Of a stretch of 64,000 nucleotides of DNA, positions 1-11,821 are shown piece after piece. Numbering within the stretch: the first letter of the stretch is position 1; the number at the start of each line of letters is the position of its first letter. The stretch is from positions 128,001-192,000 of the forward strand of contig CAWEQH010000001.1 of assembly GCA_963811165.1 (NCBI GenBank), in the 5' to 3' direction. The stretch is from an uncultured Nitrospiraceae bacterium. GTDB taxonomy: Bacteria; Nitrospirota; Thermodesulfovibrionia; Thermodesulfovibrionales; UBA6898. The notes under the pieces were generated by a model. It worked only from the letters and a program-made list of their open reading frames with translations, was not told the DNA's origin and made no database searches. The position numbers and the translations under genes are program-made.

Positions 1-1185
1 ATCGACGAACTCGACATTAAGGGCAAAAGGGTATTTATCCGGGCCGATTTTAACGTGCCCCTCGACGACAACTTAAGGATAACGGACGACGGCCGGATAC
101 GCTCCACTTTGCCTACGATCAACTATGCCATCGACGAAGGGGCAAAGGTGATCCTTGCCTCTCATCTGGGGAGGCCAAAAGGAAAACCCGATCCCAGATA
201 CAGTCTTGCTCCGGTGGCAAAGAGACTTCACCGACTGCTCGACAAGGAAGTCGTGTTTGCTCCCGACTGCATAGGCCCGCAGGTCGAAGGCCTCGTCTCA
301 AAGATGAAAGACGGCGACGTGGTCCTTCTTGAGAACCTCAGGTTTCATCCCGAAGAGGAGAAAAACGATGAGGCGTTCGCAAAGAGCCTTTCCAAATTCG
401 CCGATTTTTATGTAAACGACGCCTTCGGTGCGGCCCACAGGGCCCACGCCTCCACGGTGGGGATCGCTAAATTCCTTCCTTCTGCGGCAGGCTTCCTCAT
501 GAAAAAAGAGATCGAATACCTTAAGGGCGTTGTCAACAGTCCCGTTCGACCCTTTGTTGCGATCCTTGGCGGTGCAAAAGTCTCGGGCAAGATCGGCGTC
601 CTCGAACATCTCGAGGCCAAAGTAGACAAGGTCTTGATAGGCGGAGGCATGGCCTTTACCTTCATCAAGGCGATGGGATTCGAGGTCGGTGATTCGCTCG
701 TCGAAAACGACATGCTCGAGACCGCCGAACGGATACGAATAAAACTGCAGGCGGCGGGCATAAAGTTTTATCTTCCCGTCGACTGCGTAATCGCCCAGAC
801 CCTTGAACCAGGGGCCGAGACGAAAATAGTCCCGACCATGGAAATCCCAAGGGGCTGGAGGGCCCTTGATATAGGGCCGGCCACGGTAAAACTCTTTTCG
901 ATTGCCCTGGCAAACGCAAAGACCATCCTATGGAACGGTCCGATGGGAATATTCGAAGTCGATGCCTTCTCAAGAGGGACTTTTTCGATCGCCCATTCAG
1001 TGGCGGACGCTTACGCCCTGACTATCGTGGGAGGCGGAGACACCGACCTCGCCGTCCACCGGGCGGGCGTCTCGGACGCACTCTCTTTTATCTCTACCGG
1101 CGGCGGCGCCTCTTTGCAGTTGCTTGAGGGAAAGGAACTGCCCGGGATAGCCGCTCTTACCGACAAGCCGCCTGAGAGCGTCTGA
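1..1185 (+). CDS. pgk: Phosphoglycerate kinase (5' partial)
   Basis: Frame is open from base 1 (IDELDIKGKRVFIRADFNVP); SHLGRP, LLENLRF, NDAFGAAHRAH and STGGGASL motifs. Confidence 0.97.
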   Translation: MDELDIKGKRVFIRADFNVPLDDNLRITDDGRIRSTLPTINYAIDEGAKVILASHLGRPKGKPDPRYSLAPVAKRLHRLLDKEVVFAPDCIGPQVEGLVSKMKDGDVVLLENLRFHPEEEKNDEAFAKSLSKFADFYVNDAFGAAHRAHASTVGIAKFLPSAAGFLMKKEIEYLKGVVNSPVRPFVAILGGAKVSGKIGVLEHLEAKVDKVLIGGGMAFTFIKAMGFEVGDSLVENDMLETAERIRIKLQAAGIKFYLPVDCVIAQTLEPGAETKIVPTMEIPRGWRALDIGPATVKLFSIALANAKTILWNGPMGIFEVDAFSRGTFSIAHSVADAYALTIVGGGDTDLAVHRAGVSDALSFISTGGGASLQLLEGKELPGIAALTDKPPESV

Positions 1186-1206
1186 TTAGAGTTACCCGAA
1201 AGAAAC

Positions 1207-1236
1207 AAAAATCCCCCTTTAAAGGGGGATTTTTTT
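1207..1236. terminator. Bidirectional intrinsic terminator
   Basis: AAAA-ATCCCCCTTT/AAAGGGGGAT-TTTTTT hairpin between convergent pgk and speD. Confidence 0.8.
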
Positions 1237-1304
1237 ATTACGACAAGTCGGGCCGTTTCCTCCCTGGATAATGGGGAGAATCAGCTCACAACAAAAAACT
1301 CCGT

Positions 1305-1703
1305 TTAAATAACAGACTGAAGCTCAACCTTGTGCGGCAGTTTCTCATTCAAGTGCGAAAGTATCCCTCTTTTGAGCTCAACGATCGAAGGACTCTTGCT
1401 CTCAAACTGTTCAATAAGAAAAGAAGCCGCTACCTCAGGTTTTATGATATCACCGCAGGTAAATATGTCCACAGCCGCGTAGGAATACTCGGGCCACGTA
1501 TGGATCGACAGATGGGATTCCGCTATTACTACCATGCCGCTGATACCGAAAGGATTGAATTCGTGGAAAGATATGTCAACGATGGTCGCCTTGGCCTCTT
1601 TCGCCGCCGAGACCAATGCGTTTTTGACCTTCTCGAGGTCTTTGAGAATTTCGGGGTTGCACTCCCGTAATTCCACTAATAAATGGGTACCTAAAGCATG
1701 CAA
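1305..1703 (-). CDS. speD: S-adenosylmethionine decarboxylase proenzyme
   Basis: LGTHLLVEL, IAESHLSIHTWPE (self-cleavage ESH) and DIFTCG; TTG start chosen after an SD-like AAGG. Confidence 0.93.
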   Translation of the reverse strand: MHALGTHLLVELRECNPEILKDLEKVKNALVSAAKEAKATIVDISFHEFNPFGISGMVVIAESHLSIHTWPEYSYAAVDIFTCGDIIKPEVAASFLIEQFESKSPSIVELKRGILSHLNEKLPHKVELQSVI

Positions 1704-1825
1704 TCCTTTACCCCCCTTCACTATTATATTTACTGGGACGTATTCGCCCTCTTAAGCTAGACATTTTACAGCAAAAACGTAAAACTTGTCAAGAAAAAGT
1801 CTTCAAAAAAGTCTTCATATTATTT

Positions 1826-2710
1826 TCATGGGATCACCTTATTCAACTGATATTCCACAATCCCTGAGGCGCCGGCCTTCTTGAGTTTCGGGATAAGGTC
1901 GATCAATATCTGCTCGTCCATGACGACATCGAGGTCATACCAGCCCGCATCGGATAAGGCCGATATCGTAGGAGAATGCATCGCCGGCAGGAGGCTCATG
2001 ACACGTTTCAGGTCCTTTTTCTGGACGTTCATCTTCATCCCCACCTTCTCCTCCGCTGCAAGCGCACCTTTTAAGAGCATCACGATATTCTCCATCTTCT
2101 GCCTTTTCCATTTGTCCTGCCACGCATGCCGGTTTGAGATGAAACGCGTGCTGGACTCAAGGATCGTCTCTACGATCCTGAGATTGTTGGCCCTGAGGGA
2201 AGTGCCGGTCTCCGTGAGTTCGACGATCGCATCGGCCAGATGGGGCGGCTTCACCTCCGTGGCCCCCCACGAAAAATCTATCTCCGCTTTTATGTTCTTC
2301 GATTTCAGATATCTTTTTGTGTAGCCCACAAGTTCCGTTGCGATCCTCTTGCCCCTCAAATCCCTGACGCTCTTTATCTTTGAATCGTTGGGGACGGCGA
2401 TCACCCACTTGACGGGCCTCAGGCCCTCTTTTGCGTAATTCAGTTCGGCGACCTCTTTCACGTCGGCGGCCTGCTCCATGATCCAGTCATACCCCGTAAG
2501 TCCGCAGTCGAGAATTCCCCCTTCAACGTAGCGCGCCATCTCCTGTGCCCTTATAAGCATCGACTCTATCTGGCAATCGTCGAATACCGGATAATAGGAG
2601 CGGGGGGAAACCGAGATGTGATATCCCGCCTTCCGGAAAAGTTTCAGCGTCGACTCCTGCAGGCTCCCCTTCGGCAGTCCGAGTTTAAGAATTTTATTTT
2701 TTGTCTTCAT
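1826..2710 (-). CDS. hisG: ATP phosphoribosyltransferase (long form)
   Basis: [30 protein letters not shown] motifs plus C-terminal regulatory domain; follows hisD. Confidence 0.95.
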   Translation of the reverse strand: MKTKNKILKLGLPKGSLQESTLKLFRKAGYHISVSPRSYYPVFDDCQIESMLIRAQEMARYVEGGILDCGLTGYDWIMEQAADVKEVAELNYAKEGLRPVKWVIAVPNDSKIKSVRDLRGKRIATELVGYTKRYLKSKNIKAEIDFSWGATEVKPPHLADAIVELTETGTSLRANNLRIVETILESSTRFISNRHAWQDKWKRQKMENIVMLLKGALAAEEKVGMKMNVQKKDLKRVMSLLPAMHSPTISALSDAGWYDLDVVMDEQILIDLIPKLKKAGASGIVEYQLNKVIP

Positions 2711-2724
2711 TGTCCGTCCTTTCC

Positions 2725-4023
2725 CTAACGAAGCATTTTTCGCTTTATCATCGCTTTCCTGATTCTAATAGTATTCGCATGCGCTTCAAGGCCTTCGATA
2801 TCAGCGAGGGCCTCGACCACGGCCGATAGCTTCATAAACCCCTTTCTTGTAAACCCCACAAGGCTCGAACGCTTGTAAAAATCATATACCCCCAAAGGAG
2901 AGAAAAACCGTGAGGTCCCGCCCGTGGGGAGGGTATGATTAGGTCCGGCAGAGTAGTCGCCGAGGGCTTCCGGGGTCCAGTGGCCGAGAAAAACCGCACC
3001 CGCGTTATCCACAAGCGGTAACAGTTTTTCAGGCGTTTCGGTCATGATTTCCAGGTGCTCAGGCGCGATCCGGTTCGAAAGGGCCACGGCTTCGACCAAA
3101 TCCTTTGCCACCACTATCGCGCCGTAGCGCCTGATCGACGCCCGCGCGATCTTCTTTCTTTTAAGATGGACGAGCTGCCTTGGCACCTCATCCGACACGG
3201 CCGAGGCGAGCCTCTCCGAAACGGTCACCAGTATCGACGAGGCGAGTTCGTCATGCTCTGCCTGGCTCAGAAGATCCGCAGCAACGGCAGAGGCATCGGC
3301 GGAATTATCGGCGATGATCAGTATTTCGCTCGGCCCGGCGATCATATCGATATCGACAAGCCCGAAAACCATCCGCTTGGCGGTCGCAACAAAGATATTT
3401 CCGGGGCCAACAATCTTGTCCACCTTCTTTAAGGCCTTCGTTCCATACGCCATGGCGCCTATGGCCTGCGCTCCGCCGATCCGATATACTTCGGAAATCC
3501 CGAGCATCTCTATTGCGGCCATTACGTAAGGATTAAGCCGTCCCTCGGGAGCGGGAACACAGAGCGCGATCTCCTTCACCCCCGCGACCTGGGCGGGGAT
3601 GACGTTCATGAGGACGGTCGAAGGGTAGGCAGCGGTACCGCCGGGGACATACACCCCGACCCTCTTAAGCGGCCGTATGGATTGCCCCAGCACGGCCCCC
3701 CCCTCGCAAAAAGACCACGATTTTTCAGTCTGTTTCGCATGGAATTTCCTGATCCTCCTGGCCGAGACCGCCAGCGCCCTTACTATTTTCGGATCGGCCT
3801 TCTCTGCACTTCTTTTTATTTCCGGTAAGCCCAGTCTGAGTCTCGTTGCCTTTTGATCATCAAATTTACGGGTGTACTTAAGTACCGCCTCATCTCCCGA
3901 GTGTTTCACGTCGTCGAGGACCGCCCTCACCGCTCTCTCTATGGCAGGGTTGTCAGAGGAACTGCGCGACTGAAGGGCCGTAAGAAGCTCCTTGAATGCC
4001 CTTTCCGTTTTGATTATCTTCAT
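2725..4023 (-). CDS. hisD: Histidinol dehydrogenase
   Basis: [46 protein letters not shown]; start placed at MKIIKT. Confidence 0.96.
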   Translation of the reverse strand: MKIIKTERAFKELLTALQSRSSSDNPAIERAVRAVLDDVKHSGDEAVLKYTRKFDDQKATRLRLGLPEIKRSAEKADPKIVRALAVSARRIRKFHAKQTEKSWSFCEGGAVLGQSIRPLKRVGVYVPGGTAAYPSTVLMNVIPAQVAGVKEIALCVPAPEGRLNPYVMAAIEMLGISEVYRIGGAQAIGAMAYGTKALKKVDKIVGPGNIFVATAKRMVFGLVDIDMIAGPSEILIIADNSADASAVAADLLSQAEHDELASSILVTVSERLASAVSDEVPRQLVHLKRKKIARASIRRYGAIVVAKDLVEAVALSNRIAPEHLEIMTETPEKLLPLVDNAGAVFLGHWTPEALGDYSAGPNHTLPTGGTSRFFSPLGVYDFYKRSSLVGFTRKGFMKLSAVVEALADIEGLEAHANTIRIRKAMIKRKMLR

Positions 4024-4134
4024 GCCCTTAATTCTATAGCTTGGCATCCAATTATTCAAGTTCTTTGGGCAGTTGCGAAAGATATAGAACGATCGAATCA
4101 TTGACATATTGGGCCCTCTCAAGTAAAGTTTAGT

Positions 4135-5448
4135 ATGTCTGAATACGACCAAAAGAGTAAGAACCAGGCTATTCAGGAAATAACCAGGAAGGTCCGCCTC
4201 TCCTTCTTAATTGTCGCATTCGTGATAATCACCCTCTTTGCAGTTGTCTTCAATTATCTCTTCGGTTCTCCTTCGACTTCGCTTTTTTTTCTGCCTGATA
4301 TCTCGGTAACCATGATTATGGGGATAGCCCTTTTCCTCTCGGTGATCGGGCTGGGGTATCTGGTGAGAATGTCGAATCAGGTCCTCCGGATAATCCATGA
4401 CTACAGCAGCCGGCTCGAAAAGATCTTGAGTATAACAAGGGACCTCAGAGAAGAGATGTACGGTGATATCCTTCTTGAGAAGATAATGGATTATGCTCTT
4501 TCGATCACCAGTTCTGAGGCAGGATCAATCCTTTTGCTCGACAGCGGCTCACTCGTATTCAAGATCGTAAGAGGGGAAAAAGCGCAACAACTCGTCGGGA
4601 CTTCGGTCGAGAAAGGCAAAGGCCTCACCGGCTGGGTGGCTGAAACAGGCATACCGGTGCGTATCGCAAACGCGGCAGAGGATAAAAGGTTCAACCCCGA
4701 TGTCGATGCGATGACCGGGTTTGAGACAAAAACAATCCTGTGCGTGCCGCTCAAGACGCACTCTGCGGTTATCGGCGTCCTGGAACTATTAAACAGATCG
4801 GGAGGATTTGAATACAGGGAGCGGGACGAGGAGATCATCACATATCTTGCGGAGCAGGCTGCCATCTCGATCACCAAGACAAAATTTTATGAGGACCAGA
4901 AGAATTATGAAATCCATCTCACGGAGATGCTCCTGGAGGCGATCGACTGCCAGATCCCCGAAAAAAAGGGCCATTCCAGAAGAGTGGCTCGGTACAGCAA
5001 TATCATCGCAAAAGGCCTCAACATGTCCGACGACGAAAAGAAAAAGCTCTATCTTGCCAGCCTCCTGCACGACGTCGGGTTCCTCAAGATCAGCTCCGAC
5101 GCAAACTTCAAGAGAGAAGAATTCATGCGCCATCCCGAGGTGGGATATGAAATGATAAAACAGATAAATTTCTATGCCGGCATCGCCCCGTTTATCCTTC
5201 ACCACCATGAAAGGTATGATGGATACGGATACCCCTCGAAGCTCAGCGGCGAGGCCATCCCTCTTGAGGCCCGGATAATCGCGATCGCCGAGGCATTCGA
5301 TGCGATGATAAGTCTGACCTCATACCGCGTGCCGGTGAGTTATAATGAAGCAATAGATGAACTCAAACGGAAGGCGGGAACCCAATTCGATCAGGAATTG
5401 GTCGAGATCTTCACAACGAATATTGAGCCGCAGCACATCAAAGCGTAA
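4135..5448 (+). CDS. Membrane-anchored GAF + HD-GYP domain protein (putative c-di-GMP phosphodiesterase)
   Basis: Two N-terminal TM segments; GAF (GLTGWVAETG...DKRF...ILCVPL); GHSRRV, LHDVG, HHERYDGYGYP. Confidence 0.88.
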   Translation: MSEYDQKSKNQAIQEITRKVRLSFLIVAFVIITLFAVVFNYLFGSPSTSLFFLPDISVTMIMGIALFLSVIGLGYLVRMSNQVLRIIHDYSSRLEKILSITRDLREEMYGDILLEKIMDYALSITSSEAGSILLLDSGSLVFKIVRGEKAQQLVGTSVEKGKGLTGWVAETGIPVRIANAAEDKRFNPDVDAMTGFETKTILCVPLKTHSAVIGVLELLNRSGGFEYRERDEEIITYLAEQAAISITKTKFYEDQKNYEIHLTEMLLEAIDCQIPEKKGHSRRVARYSNIIAKGLNMSDDEKKKLYLASLLHDVGFLKISSDANFKREEFMRHPEVGYEMIKQINFYAGIAPFILHHHERYDGYGYPSKLSGEAIPLEARIIAIAEAFDAMISLTSYRVPVSYNEAIDELKRKAGTQFDQELVEIFTTNIEPQHIKA

Positions 5449-6534
5449 CTATGACCGGGACAGCATTTTGTCCAACAGATCTTTTTCGATGACTTCTCCG
5501 GCCCCCTCACCCTGCCTGCGGTAGATATCGAGGACCGAGGACGCCAGCTCGCCGGCCTTTTCGTATCCCTTCTTCCGCGCCTTCTCAACAAGCTGCCAGT
5601 CTTCTTTTTTCGTAAAAAAGAGGAACATTTCCTGAATCTCCGGGAATAGCATCTTCCGAAATCCCCCCAGGGATGAAAGGTAAAAACCGAGCGAACCTTT
5701 TCTTCTCTTTTCGATGATGAATTTCAGCATGCCTCTGTCGGACGTATCCGAAAGCACGTCCTTAATGCCTCTGACAAACAACTCCGCCCTCCCGGTGAGA
5801 GGACCTGAAAGCATCGCCTTCCACAACCCCCCAAGCATCGCCCCCTCATGGGCTTCTCCGATTTCATGAGAGATGTATGCGCCGATCTCTTCATCTGCGA
5901 TCTGCACGATCTTGGCAAAGAGGGATTCGTCGGCTGCGTCCTGAGGACCTATTCCGTACCGTGAAAAAGCATATAAAAGGGGACCGCTATATTTTTTGGG
6001 CCTGATTTCTTCACGCTTGTCCCAGAGCACCGCTGCCAGGGCATCTCTCCTGGCAACTATCGTATTTCTCTGAAGCATCGCGGGATACGCGGAAAGATCT
6101 CTCACCAACTCGCGTCCGGTGATGATCACGTCATATTCATCTATAGATTCCTTCGAAAGAAGCTCAGCCAGAAAAAAGGAGGGTTTCATCCGGATTCCCA
6201 GACCGGCGCCGTAGAGCAGTCCCTCTTTCTCAAGAAGACGGTTGACGCCTTCACTTTCAAACGGGGAAATTTCCGCCTCCTGCACGGAGAGATTAACAAA
6301 TTCCCTCTCTTCAATCTCGTGCCATAGATCCTCCTTGGCGGCTATCCACTCTGCAATGACCTCCCGTGGTATCTCCTCCCAGGGCTTGACCCCCTTTTCA
6401 TGGCGAAAGAGTTCCCGCAGTCTAAGCAACAGGCCGCAGATCGAATAGTTCCCCCAGAACCTCGCGTCGGAGATGTCACAATTCATCTTTACCTGAGCAC
6501 TCAGCGCTTCGATATGGAGATCCATGTTTCCCAT
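5449..6534 (-). CDS. Conserved hypothetical protein (Sfum_1244-like family)
   Basis: 361-aa ORF; NCDISDA...YSICGLLLRLR N-terminus and HEIGE motif resemble that family. Confidence 0.65.
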   Translation of the reverse strand: MGNMDLHIEALSAQVKMNCDISDARFWGNYSICGLLLRLRELFRHEKGVKPWEEIPREVIAEWIAAKEDLWHEIEEREFVNLSVQEAEISPFESEGVNRLLEKEGLLYGAGLGIRMKPSFFLAELLSKESIDEYDVIITGRELVRDLSAYPAMLQRNTIVARRDALAAVLWDKREEIRPKKYSGPLLYAFSRYGIGPQDAADESLFAKIVQIADEEIGAYISHEIGEAHEGAMLGGLWKAMLSGPLTGRAELFVRGIKDVLSDTSDRGMLKFIIEKRRKGSLGFYLSSLGGFRKMLFPEIQEMFLFFTKKEDWQLVEKARKKGYEKAGELASSVLDIYRRQGEGAGEVIEKDLLDKMLSRS

Positions 6535-6637
6535 TTTCTTTATTTTACCAAAACAAGTCGCAGGGAATTCTATTTACAGGATTTATTAGGTATCATTGAG
6601 ACAGACGAATTATTAATCCTGCGGGCTTGCCGGATAG

Positions 6638-9308
6638 ATGAACAATAGGAAATTTCTCACCATACCAGAAGGCTTTCTTGCTGCGGCAGAGAGCTTTCCC
6701 GATGATCCTGTCTTCCACTATTATCGGGGCGGCTGGAAGATGCTCACGTATCGCGGTCTTACCGCAGGGGTGACCGCGATCGCCTCTTATCTCGTCCGAC
6801 TCGGCCTGAAGCACGGCGGGAGGGTCGCGATCATATCTGAAAACAGGCCGGAGTGGTGTTTTGCCTATTTGGCGACTGCTCTTGCCGGGGGCGTAGCGGT
6901 CCCGATAGACGCCAAGCTGGGACCTGATGAAATCCGGAACCTCCTGAAAGACTGCGAACCGGACGTGGTCTTCCGCAGCCGGCAGACACTCACCGCAGTC
7001 GATATGCAGCAAAAAAATATTTCGGAAAGTCTCAATAGACGTATCTCCCTCATCGACTTTGACTCCTCCGAATACGAATCCATTCTCCATGAAAAACTAT
7101 CCGTGGACCTCCCTAAAACCGGCCCCGACGATATCGCCTCGATTATTTATACCTCGGGCACGACCGGAATTCCCAAGGGGGTGCTTCTGACCCATGGTAA
7201 CTTCTGTTCGGACGCGGAGGCGCTCATCGGTGCGAGAATCGTCTCGCATGAAGACAATGTGGCCTCCGTCCTCCCCCTTCACCATACCTATGCCTTTATG
7301 TGCACCTTTTTGGTGCCGGTCTTTCTCGGCGCTTCGATCACCTACCCGGCCAGCCTTAAGGGGCCTGACCTCATGTCCGCAATCAGGGAGAGGGAAGTGA
7401 GCGTTTTGATCTGCGTGCCCCAGCTCCTGTCTATGATAAGAAGCGGCATCCTCGCCAGGATAGACGCCCTCTCGGGCCCCCTCACATTCGTCCTTACGAA
7501 GGTCCTCAGGCTATCAGGTTTTTTTCGCGGGAGGTTGGGGATCAATATCGGAAGAATAATATTTTCTTCCGCGCACCGGGCAGTCGGTCCCCACTTTAGG
7601 TTCTTCGGCAGCGGCGGGGCGAGACTCGACCCATTGGTGATGAAAGACCTTGAGGCACTAGGCTTCACGGTCTTAGAGGGGTACGGCCTCACCGAGACCT
7701 CGCCCGTCGTCACCTTTAATCCGATCTCAAAGAGAAAGCCCGGCTCTGCGGGCAGGCCCCTGCCCTCTGTCGAAATAAGGATAGAGGGCCCTTCTGAAGG
7801 CGGGGAGGGCGAGATCGAGATAAAAGGACCCATGGTGATGAAGGGCTATTATCGAAACCCCTCCGCTACTGCTGAAGTAATGCGGGATGGATGGTTCAGG
7901 ACCGGCGACATCGGCCGGATCGACCGGGACGGCTATCTCTTTATCACAGGGCGTTCAAAAGAGGTAATCGTCCTTAGTTCCGGAAAGAATATCTACCCGG
8001 AGGACGTGGAAAAGGTATACCTGGGTTCGCCTCTTATCAAGGAAATCTGCATTGTCGGCTCCGGTGAAAAGGGTTTGACCGAGACACTCCATGCGATTGT
8101 CGTACCCGATCTGGAATATGCAAGAAAGGCGCATTTGTCGAATATTCCGGAGGCGATAAAATGGGAGATGACCGAGATATCTTCAAGGATCCCGTCCTAT
8201 ATGAGGGTCACCGGTTTTTCAATCCGCACCGAGCCCCTTCCAAGGACGCCTCTGGGCAAACTGAGGCGTTTCATGATCAGGGAAGAAGCCGGGAGGCCCG
8301 AGACCGCAGAGAGAGATGCCGGAGAGGCTTTTTTTGAAGATGAGACCGGCCGGAAGGTCTCCGAAGAATTGAAGCGGTTCGTGAAAGGGGACAGGAGGAT
8401 CGGCCCGAAGGACAACATCGAACTCGACATCGGCCTTGATTCGCTTGCAAAGATAGAACTCGTCGTGGCCCTCGAGAAGGCTTTCTCCTTAAAGCTTCCG
8501 GAGGATTTTTTGTCGGGCATTCAGACCGTTGAGGAGCTGATCGAAAAAGTAAAATTGCAGAGCGCTCAAGAGTATTTCCCGGGAACATCAGGGGAAGGCG
8601 GGTGGAAAGACATTCTGGCTAAAGAGGTGTCCGAAAGCGACCTGAGGATCATCTCTCTTGAGAGGCCGCAAAGCAGGATGATCCCGTCCCTTGTCGCATA
8701 CTCCGGGTTGAAGTGTGTATTGGGGGTGTTATTCAGGCTTGAGGCGCGCGGAACGGAAAATCTGCCTAAAGGCAACTGTCATCATAACGCCAAACCACTC
8801 GAGTTACCTTGACGGCTTTGCGGTCATTCTGTCGCTTCCCTTTTCAAACTTTAAGAATACGTATACCCTGGGCCTGAGCGATTTTTTCACCGGCGCTATT
8901 AAGAGCAGGCTCGCAAAGATCGGCCACGTGGTCCCGATAGACTCCTCTGCCTATCTTAACAAGGCCCTCCAGATGTCGGCCTATGTCATAAGAAACAAGC
9001 GCTCGCTGGTTGTCTTCCCTGAAGGAGGCCGCTCCTTTGATGGAAATCTCCTTGAGTTCAAAAAAGGTATCGGCATACTCGCCGTCGAGATGGGAGTCCC
9101 TGTTGTCCCGGCATATATTGAAGGGACCTTTCAGGTACTTCCGCGCGGCGCGGTGTTTCCCGGGCCGGGAAAGATATCCGTTACCTTCGGCAGGCCCCTT
9201 TTTGCAAAGGACATAGACTTCTCGAAAAAACCGCCCGATGTCGACAACTATCAATATTTCGCGAATGTATTAAGAGAAAAGGTGATAGTATTAAAAGAGA
9301 AACCATAA
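6638..9308 (+). CDS. Long-chain acyl-CoA/ACP synthetase + ACP + PlsC acyltransferase fusion; frameshift near 8775
   Basis: YTSGTTGIPKG AMP-binding motif, GYGLTE, LDSL phosphopantetheine site; second frame has NHSSYLD and FPEGGRS. Confidence 0.85.
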
Positions 9309-9313
9309 AGGAG

Positions 9314-9817
9314 ATGCCCATGAAGGCTATTTTCCCGCTTTTGATCAGTGCGTTGCTGGGATACGTTTTTTTGCAGGCGGGATCTGCCGTGGATGTGTAC
9401 GCCCAGGAAGGCACGCGTGCGGCGGGTTCTTTTACCAAACACTTCGGGGAAACCCCCTTTGACATTACGGCAAAGGCCAAATTCAGCGTAGAAATTTTAC
9501 CGGATGACAGGGAATATAAGAAACTCGGCAAGGACGTTGTCGGGATTGTAATACACAATTCCCACGATGAGGACGTAGAGAAGGCCGCCGTCACAATAGA
9601 CTTCCGGAATCTTGACACCGGCGAGCCCGCAGGGGAAAAACCCGTGGTAAATGAAAAGGGCGACGGCCTTTACACAGTCTCTCATCTTGACCTGAAAAAA
9701 GAAGGCCGCTGGAAACTTACGATAACGATTAAAAAAGGCCCGGATGAGGACAGCGCCCAATTTCTCTTGCCAAATGCGTTAGGGCGACGTTTGCCGGCAG
9801 GGAGATATAATCCCTGA
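9314..9817 (+). CDS. Exported YtkA/FixH-like protein
   Basis: Signal peptide; EKGDGLYTV..L.LKKEGRWKLTI YtkA-like C-terminus. Confidence 0.6.
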   Translation: MPMKAIFPLLISALLGYVFLQAGSAVDVYAQEGTRAAGSFTKHFGETPFDITAKAKFSVEILPDDREYKKLGKDVVGIVIHNSHDEDVEKAAVTIDFRNLDTGEPAGEKPVVNEKGDGLYTVSHLDLKKEGRWKLTITIKKGPDEDSAQFLLPNALGRRLPAGRYNP

Positions 9818-9861
9818 TTCTGCCGCGGTCGGACTTATTTTGAGATTGTCCGGCGACCACT

Positions 9862-10086
9862 TTACCGACACAGCGAATTCTCGTACTGAAACCCGTCTCT
9901 GTCTATCTTCCCATCTTTAAACTGCGAGAGAATTTTATAAACGGTCGGCAGCTTCATCCCGGCCCTGGCGGCTATCCCTTTTACGGACAGTCTTGGGTCC
10001 TCTATATGGATGTCGAGTATCTTCCTCCGATCTTTTGCCGTAAGTCTTTTCCTGCCGGCTTTTTTCCCTTTGTCCTTGTCAGCCAT
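9862..10086 (-). CDS. Small HTH DNA-binding protein
   Basis: LSVKGIAARAGMKLPTVYKIL helix-turn-helix. Confidence 0.55.
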   Translation of the reverse strand: MADKDKGKKAGRKRLTAKDRRKILDIHIEDPRLSVKGIAARAGMKLPTVYKILSQFKDGKIDRDGFQYENSLCR

Positions 10087-10222
10087 AGCGATGAAAATAC
10101 CAAAAAAAGAAAATGAAATCAATACCGGCCGCTTGGATCATGGGTCATAAAGTTGCCCGGGGTCAGTAAAATACCGGCGCCTGCAGGCCCTGGCGGACAT
10201 AGCGAGAAAAGACCGGCGGCGT

Positions 10223-11077
10223 TCAAAACAGATCAATAACTTTGTTTTGTACTACTTTGGTCTTTCGGGGAAGATCCACCCTCTCAACTACCCACACTTT
10301 CGGACCGTTTTCTTCTACATGAAATTTGCCGTCGTCCGTAAGAGGCGAGAGGGCCCACTCAAAGAGCTTCCTTGCATCCGCAAGCTCAGGCTTGCGGGGA
10401 AAGCCGTAAAACTCCTTCTGCATCTCCTCATCGTAGAGACCGACGCAGCCGTGGGACGCAGGGTACCCGGGCATGTCGCGGCCGTGAAGCCAGTAAGATA
10501 CCCCCTCTCCGTCGATATGAAACCTCAGTCCGTAATGCATCGGGTAGGGGATATCGGAGTCCTTGATGAAATATGCCGACGATTCATGTTTACGGTTAAA
10601 TGCACTGACCCTGAATTTGCCGGCCGGGGTTTTATTCGTTTTTTTCCCCGAAGCGATAGGGGTCGAGAAAACAAGCCGCCCGCGCTCATACGCCCCCAGG
10701 AACTGCTTCGAAAGATCTACGAGAATAAATTTCTCTTCTTCCTCGGCCGGCCCAAAACGGCGGGGCATAGGAGTATAATCGCGGAGGTCGGCAGGCCGCT
10801 TCGGGAATTTCAGATAGACCCCGGCATGGGCGTGTCGCCGGTCGATCCTGTTGAACCGGGCGACGTCCTGCCATCTCTCCCCGAAAAGCTTTTCGAGCGT
10901 TTCGCCCTTGCCCATGCGCCTGCATTCCCACTCTATCGCCTTGTCACCGGGGTAGGTTTTGCAGAAGGAGCGGGCAGTCCCCGCATCCGCATTCTTTGCT
11001 GATAGGGAAAGGAAAGAAAACAAAAAGGGGAGCGTCCATAACAGACATACGCAGCTTTTTCCAAAACGCCACAACAA
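10223..11077 (-). CDS. L,D-transpeptidase (YkuD family)
   Basis: Signal peptide; ILVDLSKQ.L, STPIASG, TPAGKF, LHG...SHGCV catalytic motif. Confidence 0.88.
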   Translation of the reverse strand: MLWRFGKSCVCLLWTLPFLFSFLSLSAKNADAGTARSFCKTYPGDKAIEWECRRMGKGETLEKLFGERWQDVARFNRIDRRHAHAGVYLKFPKRPADLRDYTPMPRRFGPAEEEEKFILVDLSKQFLGAYERGRLVFSTPIASGKKTNKTPAGKFRVSAFNRKHESSAYFIKDSDIPYPMHYGLRFHIDGEGVSYWLHGRDMPGYPASHGCVGLYDEEMQKEFYGFPRKPELADARKLFEWALSPLTDDGKFHVEENGPKVWVVERVDLPRKTKVVQNKVIDLF

Positions 11078-11316
11078 GGACTTACGACTCTTTATTGCAC
11101 ATACACTGCAATCTGTTTGTACCTAACATGCAATAATCCTAACAATTATGCGCATAAACCGCAATATTCTTGAATACTCTGAAAGGGCTGCGGAGATTCA
11201 GCCGAAGATAAAGAAGGGAGGGTATGGAGATTAATATCAGAGATAAGTAATTAGATAAGTAATTGAAAGGAGCCTGAGCAAAAACAGACTCAGGGCAAGC
11301 CTACAGTTGACCTAAT

Positions 11317-11535
11317 TCAAAACCCGTAATTGTATTGCCATTTCCTTCTTAAACATTTCGCCAAAAATAGCGCACAGTTGTCATAGGTTCCGCTGTTGCA
11401 GCGATTCAATCTTACTAGTGCCCCAATTTTGAGAGATCTCACGGATGCCCCACATACATCGGTCTTCGCATCACAGTACGGACACACATCCGAATCTTCT
11501 TTCGCTTCCGTTGTTTTTGCATTCATAGTATTCAC
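11317..11535 (-). CDS. Small Cys-rich hypothetical protein
   Basis: AAGGAGGT SD upstream; CPYC...C...C...C pattern. Confidence 0.5.
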   Translation of the reverse strand: MNTMNAKTTEAKEDSDVCPYCDAKTDVCGASVRSLKIGALVRLNRCNSGTYDNCALFLAKCLRRKWQYNYGF

Positions 11536-11821
11536 CTCCTTTCTTTTTCACACGTTAATGAACACTCATTACCGCATTATTAACTATAACGCTCGGCAGA
11601 TCTTGTTTTGGCCTTATCCAACCCTCCTTGGTTTCAATTTCCTCTTCGTAATCACAAAGAACATTAGAACACTCATAATGAGTTCCCCTATCCAACATCT
11701 CTCTGCCGCACGCTATGCATTTCATGAAATTTCCCCCTTCCTGCTGTATGGATTACTACTTACAGTTTAATAAAAGATTGTTACAGGAAAATGACTTTAC
11801 GGTGAAACTTTGACGACATCC

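Noticed and set aside
10247..11002. 251-aa plus-strand ORF and many similar antisense ORFs (e.g. 16763-17398, 50607-51236, 60164-60778)
   Set aside because: Shadow frames of well-supported genes on the opposite strand, with no motifs
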